Shown here: one piece after another, positions 1-11,883 of the stretch
Position numbering within the stretch: the stretch's first letter is position 1
Layout: the number at the start of each line of letters is the position of its first letter
Origin: Marsupella aquatica
Lineage: Eukaryota; Plantae; Marchantiophyta
Assembly (NCBI GenBank): GCA_973895155.1
Contig: OZ316895.1
Coordinates: 19,668,803-19,732,802 of the forward strand
DNA length: 64,000 bases
Reading direction: 5' to 3'
Notes under the pieces: model-generated
What the model was told of the DNA's origin: nothing
Database searches by the model: none
The model's input: the letters and a program-made list of their open reading frames with translations, nothing else
Made by a program: the position numbers and the translations under genes

Positions 1-1039
1 ATTAATAATTGATTTCTAGAAACTTTTGAATGGTGTGCTCATAGAGAATCCTCAAAGGCCCGCGACATCTTTTAAAGGTTACTTTTTTGGGGTACCTTGG
101 TCTTTGGAGTCGTCAAACTCGGTACGATGCATTTACCCTAGATCTTCTTTCACCCTTATTTGGTGAAAAACTGAGTGTTCCTATGACACTTACAATTTTC
201 AGTCGTTAAAGGTCTTAGTTGTTGAGTATGATGACAATCGCAACGATAAGCACATGACACATCCAATGATCAAGTAGTCGATATAGAGAGATACGTGGTT
301 CACCTCCACATGAGGTATGGGAAAACACAAGAGCTTTATTACACTCTAGGCCGACCAACCATACCAAGCTTCCACAACACAAGCTCTCCCTATCTCTCAA
401 CTGGTTCCGTAACAATGAGCCTAAATTCCAATTATCCAAGCAAACACCATTTGGCATACAGTGTGCATCCTAGTTAACCTAACCACGTTTCTGACTAAGG
501 TTAGCCTAACGATGGTTACATGTTGTAACCTAGACCTTGAATAAATACCTAACATTAATATTGCCTTATTGGGATTTTTTACTGCTAACTGGCATCTTTA
601 GATTTTCATAGATGAATTTTACAGTAATGGTATTAATGTATGTTATCCGTTGGATGGAATTTGGGGATAGACTTCCAGGTAGCTGACACAACGACAAAAT
701 CATACAGGATATTCATTTTACTTCATTTTTCTTACCTAAGTTGGTACGTGGTTGTCGCAGGAATTTTTTTAAAAAGGAACGTCAGGCACAGAAGATTGGT
801 TGATGCTCCCGTTGATGCTGCCACTTGCGCTGCCAAAGATACAACAATCAGAGAAGCTTCACCCCATTCATAGGAAGAGGGACTCTATGGCCTTTGATGG
901 AATATTTCCAAGAATGCAAGACTTCAAATGCAGAGGGAAGAGGTGGAAGTATTACTACTTCAGAGGGCCCAGACTTTTGCTATTCTTTGTAGGGCCGAGG
1001 CAGTTGGTTTTAGGGTCTCTAGGCAGATCCCTCTCCTTG

Positions 1040-1545
1040 ACTCTCCTATGCGGTGTACTCTAGAGTTTTATCAGACTTTTCAGTTTACCGTCCAGTAGGA
1101 TTTTTTGTTTGTTGTTTGCTTGAACTTAGTCTTATGGTTTTTCTGTGTTATTCCTTCACTTGTTGGGCCTCTTTGGTCTTCTTGGGGTCTTTTCATTCAA
1201 TCCCCCTCCTATGCAGTTTACTCCATAGTTCTACCAGACTTTTTAGTTTAGTGTTTTTTGTGCCCACTAGTGTATTTTTGTTTTTTTGTTTGCTTCTTAG
1301 TCTTTTGGTTTTTTCTGGGTATTCCTTCACTTGTTGGGCCTCTTCAAATGGTCTTCTTGGGGTCTTTTCATTCCCTCTCCTTACTATGCAGTTTCAAAGC
1401 TCTACCAGACTTTTCATTTTACCGTCCAATAGGGTTTTTTGTTTGTTGTTTACTTCTTAGTCTTGTGGTTTTTCTAGGTTATTCCTTCACTTGTTGGCTG
1501 GGCCGCTTTGGTCTTCTTGGGGTATTTTCATTCCCCCCTTTTATT
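1040..1545. repeat. Degenerate tandem repeat, about 3 units of ~165-180 bp, probably TE-internal
   Basis: TTATTCCTTCACTTGTTGG...GGTCTTCTTGGGGT recurs near 1150, 1320 and 1480. The F/L/V-rich ORFs here are by-products of the repeat. Confidence 0.75.
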
Positions 1546-3786
1546 GTGTTCTTTTGCCTTTGGGACCATGTCTCCCGGTTTGGTGTTCTTGTATTTGTCT
1601 TTTTGGCAGTGCGAGATTCATACTATATATATTTGATTGCATATATTCATACTATATATATTTGATTGCATATTTCATTAGTGGAAGTTTTAGGAGTTAA
1701 AATATATATTTTTGCTAGTACAGAAAGTTCTCATCGGGGTTCTGATTTGAAGCTGGTATCGTACTGCTTCTGGCCTCATACCATGGTCCCCCGTATGGTC
1801 CTCAATTATCATACTGTATGATTTAATATGAACACACCCCAATCTTGAGGCATCCCCTACTCTGGATAAATTAGTCTGTGGGCACGATCGCTTAATTGAC
1901 TGATCGAACTTCAGCCTCCCACACTTAAATCTTCTGAGCTAATATTTCTTTTGGAATCGTCTTTGTTTACTTAATATCCTTTTCAAGCAACAAGAGAATG
2001 TTGAAGACGTTATATGGCAGACTTTCCAAGGCTAACTGACAGATCGAGAAACAACAAAAAACATTAGGGAGCAGGATACACAAGTACCCGAAAAGGTATT
2101 TGCAGATACAATGAACCGAACGGTCTCACGTACAATTATCGATCAGCCTGGTCGGAGAAGTCACTCTACATGTTAGAGTTCTATAGAGTGTTCCTACAGA
2201 CAGACTGACTGGCGATGAACATGTATAACATACTTGTCCTTCACATTCATACAGCAGCTTTCAAATCTGAGTGAGAACTTAAGAGAATGCTGCTATACAA
2301 GCCAATCAAAAACTGTCAGGGGGCCCTCACACAAGATCAGCAGACGCTAGTTGTGCGAAATGAAGAATGAATGGAGCGGGTTTCATCCACTGGCACTATG
2401 CTTTTGTGAAGCCTCAAATGAAATCTGAGAATATCCTTTATTATAAACCGACTTGGATAGATGGATGCTCTTTTACAGACTCTGAGTGACAATATCCAGG
2501 AGAGCATCAGCTAGCTATAGTGGCCGAGAAGGTTTTCAAAAGGAGGGAAAAAAAAGGATTCTGTCGACGAGGATGATTCTGTCGATGATGGTGACGAGGA
2601 AACTTGGATGACAGAGCAAACTTGTGTATTGATCGATCTCGGTTACTATACATTCTAGCTACAGCGACCAGCACGGCCAACTATCGTCATGAAGGTCCTC
2701 GGAACTGTCCGTCGATGTTGCCTTGACTTGGCCGCATAACTTCGCTAGATGCATGTTGACCGGGATACCTGCACGTACAACACTTCACGTTGAGGGATGG
2801 AAATTCAAAATTGCATGTTACAGTTGTAGAAACACTTGAGCAAATTGTACTTGGGAATGAAGATATAGATTGCAGAACTTTCTTGATGCACGCAAGTGAC
2901 GAATCCTCGAATTTCCAGAATGCTCTTAGCTAAACAGTGCAATATAATCTTCAATGTCGGAAACTCTGAGTGCTTTTTCGATTGGTACGTAAGCTCAGAT
3001 GCATCCCGCCCATTATCAACGTTGCACAGAACTACTTGGTAACCTGGTAAAGTTACAGGTTCTAACTCACGATTCAACCATAACATCCTTACTAGTTTAA
3101 TTATGAGTTCCCCGGTCAGACATGCATTGGGAGGCTCTCGAAACAGTCCTGCAAAGTGCAAACGGTAATGAATAGCAAAACCGTACACTAGTTTTGAGCT
3201 TGGGTTCAGATGCAGGGCAACTGTCCCACCAGTCCTTTAGACCTCCACCTGCACTAGCGATTATTTTGGGTGACGAAAATCGTGCAAATTGATGACCAGT
3301 CCGTGTAGCAGTCACTTCTCTCTGTAAGAAATCGATCGGAGCGAGAATCGGATGCATGCTATGTCCAAACAAATGTATGCTAGCATGCTACATATATAGG
3401 ATCGGACGAGAAGAAAACGTCAATTTATATCCCATGCAAGCTACCCAACACACCACTTAATACGTACCTGGGCTGGAGCAAAGATCATAGATGGCTCAGT
3501 GGGGATGACAGCTTACGTATGAGAAGCATTTTCTTTCAGCCGAACGAGCAAAAGAGATAGTCAACTAGCAATATGCGCACGAAACTAGTTCGCTGACATG
3601 ACATGATACTTAGCTAGGGTATTCACGGCTCAGTTCTTGGTATATGCATTCTAACTTGACACTCAGAATTTCGACTTCGTAGAATCGATCATTCGGAAAC
3701 AAAGAAGGACTGAACCTGGCCGAGGCCGTGATCAACGTTATGCGAGGGCTGTTCGTACCTTGAGTAACTCTGAGCACACGCATTGC

Positions 3787-4095
3787 TCAACCCTGAATCC
3801 AGACTGCGCGAAGCTTGGTTCCGCCTTGGACAACACAGCCTCCTCCGTAGATTTGTGCCACACTGCTATATTGTTCACAAACCTGCTGGTTGTGAATGGA
3901 CACACGGGTGTCGGGGCTAACCTCGCTGATGAGAACGGCGCCCTGGTCCTCGAATATCTGGCAAGTGTTGCCGCCCACCAAGAAGGTGTTGGTAGGAGCG
4001 TCATTGCAGTTGGCATTGTTGAAAGTCTCAATCCTTGCTCCTTCGGTCACTATAGCTAGGACCAGAAGCACACAAAGAACGCGTGACAAGGCCAT
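3787..4095 (-). CDS. Small secreted cysteine-containing protein, MiAMP1/beta-barrelin (beta-gamma-crystallin-like) antimicrobial peptide-like, 102 aa
   Basis: Intact ATG-TGA ORF with a hydrophobic signal peptide (MALSRVLCVLLVLAIVTEGA). The mature part has 4 Cys and motifs CN, HNQxxC and C-terminal AVWIQG, resembling MiAMP1 CN, YNQAGC and SIFIQC. A TATA box lies upstream and a paralog is at 8341. Confidence 0.8.
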   Translation of the reverse strand: MALSRVLCVLLVLAIVTEGARIETFNNANCNDAPTNTFLVGGNTCQIFEDQGAVLISEVSPDTRVSIHNQQVCEQYSSVAQIYGGGCVVQGGTKLRAVWIQG

Positions 4096-4241
4096 GATGA
4101 TCTCGGAAGCGCTTCTGAAGCTAGGCTGAAGACAAGATGGAGCAATCTCTGAAGTTTGACGATGAAATGGACAGAGGATTGGGTGGGGCTGTGCGAGCTA
4201 CTAGGATGCATTGATTGTGAAATACCGAAGTGTTGGACTGG

Positions 4242-4252
4242 ATTTATATAGA
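4242..4252 (-). promoter_or_regulatory. TATA box of the small secreted protein gene
   Basis: Minus strand reads CTCTATATAAATC about 150 bp upstream of the ATG at 4095. Confidence 0.6.
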
Positions 4253-7200
4253 GGCACGGCCGAGGCACCGCGAGGCAATACTAGCGATACACTCGTATGT
4301 ACCACAATTCGGTCCAGAATTTTCACGTCACAAATTACAAAATCAACATGAATGATGTGACATAGGACCAAGTCAATATGCAAATTGTTGATTTTAACCA
4401 TTGACCCTAAACCCCAAACAAGTTACCAAATGACACAGTCGACCTACCCAGGTAGAGACAACTGAAAGCTGTTACTTCGGGATTCGACATCACTAGTAAA
4501 CGTTCAGTGATATTAAGGATTAATTTGTTAGACTAAGCTTCTCACGTACAGCGGGTTGCACAGTCATATCACACGTATTATGTCCGCTGTCGTATTGTAG
4601 CGCACCATAACATTGTTTTCAAGACTGGGTCGACACTCGACAGAGCCGAGTAGATGGCAGTTGGGGTTCGAGACTCGAGACCTGTCGTACTTCTCCGTAT
4701 CCATCGCTGAGCCCCGTAAATCTCTCAGTGGGAGCACAAGCTCATTGACTCCCATACAACGCACTAAGTCTCTGAAAGTCAACTTACCTGCAAGAGTCAG
4801 AGTGCTTTCGTGAGTTCAGCACTTCGCTTACCGTGCTAGGTACAATAGTACAATACTCCTCCTTCTTCTCCTTAGATGTAACGTTGTCTTGACGATGAGG
4901 TCGAAAGTACTCGATAGATGCCATTATATATCTCACCCTGTATGATTTTCACCACATCTCATGGCTGGGAACATTTAAAGGTTTAAATCCAATAGTCATA
5001 ATGACTTCCCTCCAAAAGTGCATTTTGTAGGCAGAACAATCCAAGGAAATTAAAAGGCAATGTTGTATATTATAGACTGTAGATAGATATCAATATATGC
5101 AACACGTAATCCAGATCAATGTACCCAATCCACATATATGGACCTTAACTTGGGACCAGTACATTCCAATCTACATGTATACTTTCCCTTCAAATGGTAT
5201 ATCCGGGAGTGGACCAACTTAATTTACATCACGAGCTTCCCTATTAATGAAGATTCCCTAGTAGAGTACTTACTTCAGATATAATACAATTGTGTGTAAA
5301 AAAGGACTCATTTTATTTAACATCTGATTTAAGTATATATAGTAGTGTTAAAAAAATTCATATAATTATGGCAAACTGAAGCTATTAATTTTTTTACATT
5401 TTCAGGAAAATTAAACTATTAATGCTATTAATGATAATATTAATAGCAGCATTTCTTGCAAAATATTCCACAAAATGATTTCCACACCCCGTTAGCCAGA
5501 AGATTCTTTCTTTGTTTCTAAATTATTTCCCCCTATAAAAGCATTCAAGTTTATTTTGCCCAAATCCAATCAATATTGGGAGTTTTCTAAGTTCTAAGAC
5601 AACAGATGCAAAATCGGAGCAAAAGTACGCACATGGCAAGCTTAGTGCACTTCATCTTAGTGTTAATTCGTGAATAGAAGCTAAAGCTAGTTGTGGTCTA
5701 GGGCCCCACCACCCCACCAAATGTATGTATGGAGAGCAGAATAGGATGATTGCAAAATTGTATGATATGTCAAAATGGTCATGCATGCTGATTTTTGATA
5801 TACCTCTATTGCTATTCAAAGAATGCCTTGGGCATTCAGGCTCGTTAAAAGAAAATCATAGAAATAATAGCCAAACCGTCTCTATCAAGAAAGAATTTCA
5901 CATGGCAGACTAAGCACATATATAAACCCGCACAGCAAATTCCATGTCAATGAATTCCATATACTCAAAGCCGAAGGTTCCGTAAGGTTTTTCTTTAGTT
6001 TTTAAAGTAGGCTAAACACTCGCGTTCAATCTTCCTCTTCCTCACAGCTCAGAATAACAGCAGATTGAACCATTACATAACTGTCAAGAGAAAACCCTTA
6101 TATACGTCAAGAGAACTACAGTAGACAGCATTCCAAGCGGAATAATTTCGGGTCACCAAAATGTGTGTTTAAATTCCCAAAAATGCTAGTAAGTGAACAA
6201 AATGAATGGGAACGGAACAAAATGATGCATCAATAGGAACACTGTTAAAGACTCAAGCACAAAATGCACAATTTCTGACTAGGAAAGAGCACCGAGCACC
6301 GACAGCAAGCAGCATCGAGAAGCAGTCAGAAGCATGCACGCAGCAGTGAGCACGTCGAGTAAACAGCATAGAGGGCCGTGAAACTAACAGCGAGGGCAGC
6401 CCTAACTGGCCGCGCTGCTAGAATTGCAGTGAGGTCAGCGGCTCGGCTCTCCCTGCCTCCTCTAACTCCTTCGGTTGCCCACAATTTGCCTCATTAAAAT
6501 AGAAAAAACAATTACTCCTAGCCACAAGACAAACTAAGTTACCAAGTTCTAGGACGAGCCCTGAAACTACAAAGCTACATTGAACTCTGAACATCTCGCA
6601 TAAACTTGTCATCTCATTGGTTCACCATGTGGGCAACCACCAAAAACTGCATCTAAAAGTATTTTAGTATTCACAATCGGAGCAAAAGTCTAGATTATGG
6701 AAATATGTTTCCTGCCTTCAGGAATCTTGGCTCCCGGTATGGAGTTCGTTGGGATATATATATAAGACATCAAAATATGTGATTGTTTTGTGGACCACAT
6801 ATGTCACTATTTGTGTCGTCTTAGATGGAAAGCTGAACATCAAATATTGTCTTGGTTTGCATATAAGTGTAATTGTACGATCAAAAGGGTGTGTAAAATT
6901 TGTGGACTACTAGTTACTGGGCTGTGCATCTTTGCCGCATGCTTGCTCCTAGCTAGCACAGACTAAACATAATATAGACAGTCTTTAAGATATGCAAGCC
7001 TAGCTACCAATGCACGATGCGAAAATGGAAGCAAATCAATCTTGAGATAGTTACTCGTTCCCTTGTTAAGAACTGTCAAACAGCTAATCGGTGTGGAGAA
7101 TCCATGATGAATGTTCTCAAGTGAGTCTTTGATCTTGTGGCATACAGACGAGTGCAGAATTTCAATTAGTGCTTTACAGTGCGGGATTTCTAATTAGTAC

Positions 7201-8340
7201 AACCTAAAGTTTGTCGTCTATTTGCACCGCGGCCAATATATCACCAGACATTTTTAGCTGCAGGAAAAATTCTCGAAGTTCTCAAAGGAAATTCTCAAAG
7301 TCTTAACGCACACTGCTCTACAATTTCAATACCGTCACCAGTACTTGGCAGGCGCTTAACGCACCCTATTCCGAGTTCTAGACTCAGTTGAATACCGTGG
7401 ACTTCTGTAACCAGTGGTTTGGAATTGAGCGTCAATGACAGCGACTTTTTTTTTATGGAGGGTTCGGTAACTGGTCGCGACCTCCCAACGAAGCCATCAA
7501 TGCAGGGTGATGAACGATCATTGCATGCGTTCGCTTTATCGTAGATATGTTAATTAATGCGATCAGAAACACTGCGTCCTTACGAACGGTACATGACCTG
7601 CTGTACGTCACTGATCAATGCAACGAGCGACATGCCGATAAAAGATAGTATGTTAAGCACTTGGTACCAGCTGCTTGATACAGGACGAAGTCAATCGGAG
7701 TCAACTCTACCAAGAAAATTGTTTTGACTGATATCTGCTGAGACCCTGGATGATAGGGTGAGAACTTCAATAAGAGCTTTAACTTCCACGTTCCGAGCTG
7801 ACCTCGTCTTCGCAACAATGTCTATTACGCATGCAGTACGGGGGGCTGCAATACCGACAGCGGATCGAAAGTGGGTGAGACGGAGCGCTCTACGAGCAGA
7901 TATATTTCAATTGAGGAACAACAAACTGAAGTGGACGTGCAAATGATACTCAGTTACGCAACCTTAGTCACGTCAAGTAAACAAATTCAATATTCTTTTT
8001 CTGAAGGTGGTTAATGTTCATGCAAGATTTTGTACGTTGTCCACAAACATTAAGGTCAAATGGTCGAAATCAACAAAAAATGAGTAGGTTTTTGTCACAT
8101 CATCTATAGTGATTCGTTTCGACACGGCGGTTCTGGCAAAAAAGTCCTCCACAGACTGTATCATCCCTCCTTCCGGGTGACTCAATATAAATCTACAGCA
8201 AAATGTTTCACAATCACACTTTACCTCACTGCACGGGTGGCGTTTACCCCCAGCAGCGCGCACAATACACAGTCCATAGCTCTTTTATCCTCATGTCAAG
8301 AACGCTCATCAGATTGTCTCCAGCTAAGTTCAGTGTCATC

Positions 8341-8649
8341 ATGGCAATGTGGCGCGTTGCTTGTGTGCTTTTGTTGATAGCAATAGTGACCGAAGCAGCA
8401 AGGATTGAGACTTTCAACAATGCCAACTGCAACGACTCTCCTACCAACACCTTCTTGGTGGGCGGCAACTCTTGTCAGATCTTCTAGGATCAGGGCGCCG
8501 TTTTCATCAGTGAGGTTAACTCGGACACTCGTGTGTCGATTCACAACCAGCAAAATTGTGAACAGTACAGCAGTGTTGCACAGATATACGGAGGAGGTTG
8601 TGTTGTGCAAGGCAGAACCAAACTTCGCGCTGTCTGGATTCAGGGTTGA
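8341..8649 (+). pseudogene. Paralog of the 3787-4095 secreted peptide gene with a premature stop
   Basis: Same length (309 bp) and colinear (MAMWRVACVLLLIAIVTEAARIETFNNANCN...RAVWIQG-TGA). The GAG Glu codon is replaced by TAG at 8485-8487. Confidence 0.85.
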
Positions 8650-8676
8650 GAAATGCGTATGCTCAGAGTTAATAGC

Positions 8677-9009
8677 TGTTGGAACTTTCAACAGCATGGA
8701 CAGGCTAGGAATTGAACCTAGGACCTCCCCTGTACATCATAGTGATCTACCACTGAGCTACAGGCCCTTTGTGGCTGTATCCATCTTAGTTCGAGTGTGG
8801 TTCATTTCCAACACCCACCCTTGAGCCACACTCGCTACAAGGGAAACTCCTTTTTCTTTGGCTCTGATACCATGTTGGGACTTTCAACAACATGGACCGG
8901 CTAGGAATTGAACCTAGGACCTCCCGTGTACATCGTAGTGCTCTACCACTGAGCTACAGGCCCTTTGTGGCTGTATCCATCTTCGTTCGAGTGTGTTTCA
9001 TTTCCAACA
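8677..9009 (-). mobile_element. Complete TRIM (non-autonomous mini LTR retrotransposon) with tRNA-like LTRs, Helenus-type architecture
   Basis: Two 137-bp LTRs TGTTGG...CCAACA (8677-8813, 8873-9009). The 59-bp internal region holds an iMet PBS TGGTATCAGAGCC (8860-8872, minus) and a PPT AAGGGTGGG (8814-8822, minus). 5-bp TSD ATAGC at 8672-8676 and 9010-9014. Confidence 0.93.
8894..8963 (-). ncRNA. tRNA-like sequence within the TRIM LTR (second copy at ~8698-8767); not a functional tRNA gene
   Basis: Minus strand GGGCCTGTAGCTCAGTGGTAGAGCACTACGATGTACACGGGAGGTCCTAGGTTCAATTCCTAGCCGGTCC has an A box/D arm, a B box/T arm and an acceptor-like stem. The anticodon stem is imperfect. Confidence 0.75.
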
Positions 9010-9958
9010 ATAGCTCTACTAGGTACAGCTCTCTGGTAACCTTGATCATGGGCTTGGCCTGGTTCAGTTCTTCCTTTTTAAAAAAAATTCACGAGTCAAT
9101 AAACAGACTGGGTTTGAACATGCAACCTATGACACCGTTTTACACTTCATTCAGTGACACCCTTGTCATTTTCAATAGAAAAGTTTTGAGACACTCTTCT
9201 CCTTTTCAGAAGCAACGTTTGATGTCCAATACTGGGTTTAAGTGTCTTTTTGGGCTAATTATAAGTGACTTGGAAAGATATTTCCAACTATTCTGATATG
9301 CTTCATGAACAAATGATGGAGTTACTAATTTTCAAAGATAATTGCAAGTCAACTGAGCTTCAATTTCTAACTAAGTAGATAAGTGGACTCTCTCTACAGT
9401 ATATATGTACCCCAACTGAAATTATTACCCGCCTGGCTTCCTGCCCTGAGTATTTGAGAGATATACTTCATAAGCCCTTAAATTGACTACACTATTACCT
9501 CACACACAGTATTTGGGAACAAAGGTTTTTGAAAGCTGTCACCATAATTAATGTGTGTGAGACTATATAAAAAGTGAGACTAAATACATGTTATTCTAAA
9601 TTAGAGTAAGTGAGATTATTTTTGGTGACACTCAAATAGTGTGTGATGAACACATATTATGTATATAGCTTATGAAAACTACAAATATTTCTAGTAGTAA
9701 GATATATTTGTAATGGCGTATAAAATTAAAAATGAATGTCAATTGAAAGTCAGATTTCATTAAAGTATGATGAAATGAAAACCAGGTTATAAATACAATC
9801 AAAATCAAATTAGAACCAATGACAATAGACTGAACTCTTTACTTGTACTAATATTTATATTTTTTCAGATTTGTAGTCACACTCTTATTAGTGTGTGTGA
9901 TACTATTTATGCAGGGAGACTATATAAGTTATGATACTAATTACGGTAAAGAGTGTAG

Positions 9959-10049
9959 TGGTACTTGATGGTCCCCATGAGGTTTAGATACAGTGGTTTA
10001 AGGTGTTTTTCGACTGTATGGAACACTCATGGAGTCCATCAAATAACAC
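9959..10049. repeat. Short inverted repeat / mini-MITE
   Basis: GTACTTGATGGTCCCCATGAG ... CTCATGGAGTCCATCAAATAAC form imperfect inverted arms. Confidence 0.45.
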
Positions 10050-11883
10050 TTTGGGGGTCCATTAGGTGTATCTCTCCTGGGTCTTCAAGTTAAATTGTTG
10101 GGAAGGGGGGAGGAGGGAGGGGCTGGGGCAGGTCAGTTATTTAAGTCAATTTGCGAAGTATGGTATTAACATAGGCTGATTAATTAGTATCATCAAGACT
10201 AGACAATCAAAGTGGACACTTTCTTAGAGTAAGATAATTTATTGTTTATGGTAACGCCAACTGCAAAGCTGTTACATTTGAATAAAGGTTAGGGTCTCGA
10301 CCCTAAGCCCTAACTCTCTTCCCATGGTACTCCCATCATTGCCCGAAGATTTGGCTTGATCATTCATAACACATCACCCCGGATGAGTTCCCCGATGAGA
10401 ACCAGGGGAAATCACTGTACCAGAAGTTCGATTCCTTCTGCATCAGAAATCACCACAAGGAAAAGGAAAAAGGGAACACTAGGTGTCCTCTGCATAGGAA
10501 TTATCACAGTAGGGTTCGATGCCCCGATACGGACCCATCCCAAAAGCAGGTCGGTCCCACTGGTATACGAAAAGGAATCAGAACGGGGTTGAGTTCAGAG
10601 CTTCCAAGAACATGATCATCAGTAAGCTGACACGTTTAACTCCGATCCCTTGAGTATATTGCATCATACGGTTGGGTAGTTGAATTTCTTTGTCAGTCAA
10701 ATAAATAAGTGGGCTGAATTTACAGATCAATTTTCCTGCGAACAACATCATAAGTCCCCTGGAATACTTGACATCGTAATATAGATGAAGACTTTGGCAA
10801 TCAAATCATATGTGACCTGTTTCAAGATCAATTTTCTTGAGAACATAACACTATCAGTCAGCTTAATTTCATGGTTGAGAACATGACATATGGCAGCTGC
10901 AGTTTTCGAGGGGCAAGGCTCCCATTGTAGCCAGGAAACATCTAGGGTCAGAGCCTTTTCTCAACGAAGACTTGGACGCCAGTTCACAGGGACGAGATTC
11001 GACGGTTCACAACCAAACCTGGAGATCCAAACAATAATCCATAATTGACTATACTTAGGCAAGTCGGAGTCACAAATTGCAACGAAAACGGCAGAGATTT
11101 TCTCCTGAACGCAAAAATCCATTCCTGCTTGTTTCCTCATTGAGCCGTTCCGAGTATCTCACAAGCATTAGGTATCTCACAAGCATTAAGCGATACCCAA
11201 TTTGCACAGGTACTGTACACCTACTTATAACTACAACCTGACGAGTAATCCGAGCATGGGTAATTAACAACCATTCATGATTTGACCATTGAGCTTCGAC
11301 CTTTCTACGTTCGTGTTAGATCTGTGGCTAAATAAGTTTGGAACCCGAGTGACATTCGATGGTGGTGCTGGACACACTCCAAATAACAATAAAACGGCAT
11401 TCTCTCTCTCTCCGTGTGCAACACTGATTCCAACTCGTTTTCTTCTCAAGAGGCTCGTGGACACTGTTGAGTCCGCTGAATTCCGTCAGCTATGCCCAGT
11501 TGCAGAGGGACTGTGTTTAGCTCCGCAAGAATGAGAATATCGACAGTCTATTGGATAATGTTTGACCAAATCCACTCTAACGCTAAGAAGTGAATTTTGA
11601 TCGTTTGTGGAGGAGCAACAACGCTTCGTTTAGCAATGATTTACCTCCTATCTTCTTACACTGTTCCTGGTAAGCCAAAGAGGCGCAATTTAAAACTTTG
11701 ATGGAGTCCCTGGAAAAGCAGGACCAGAAATCAGTGCCATTCGCGGAATCAATTTGCGGCAATCTTCCCGATAGCTGAGCATTAATTACTTCCTGCTGTT
11801 GATGTGCAGAAAGGCGGCAGCATTTGCGTAAGCACAAGGCCACCCATATTCCCCACAGAATAAATACTCCCTGTTGAAATCAA

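Noticed and set aside
1053-1700. Hydrophobic 135-aa ORFs suggesting membrane proteins
   Set aside because: They are translations of a T-rich tandem repeat.
8485-8487. Programmed stop-codon readthrough
   Set aside because: The paralog has GAG here and no readthrough context is evident; a simple nonsense mutation is more parsimonious.
8698-8963. Two tRNA genes, or a CRISPR-like direct repeat
   Set aside because: Both copies lie within the LTRs of a TRIM with PBS, PPT and TSD, the anticodon arm is defective, and there are only two long repeats in eukaryotic DNA.
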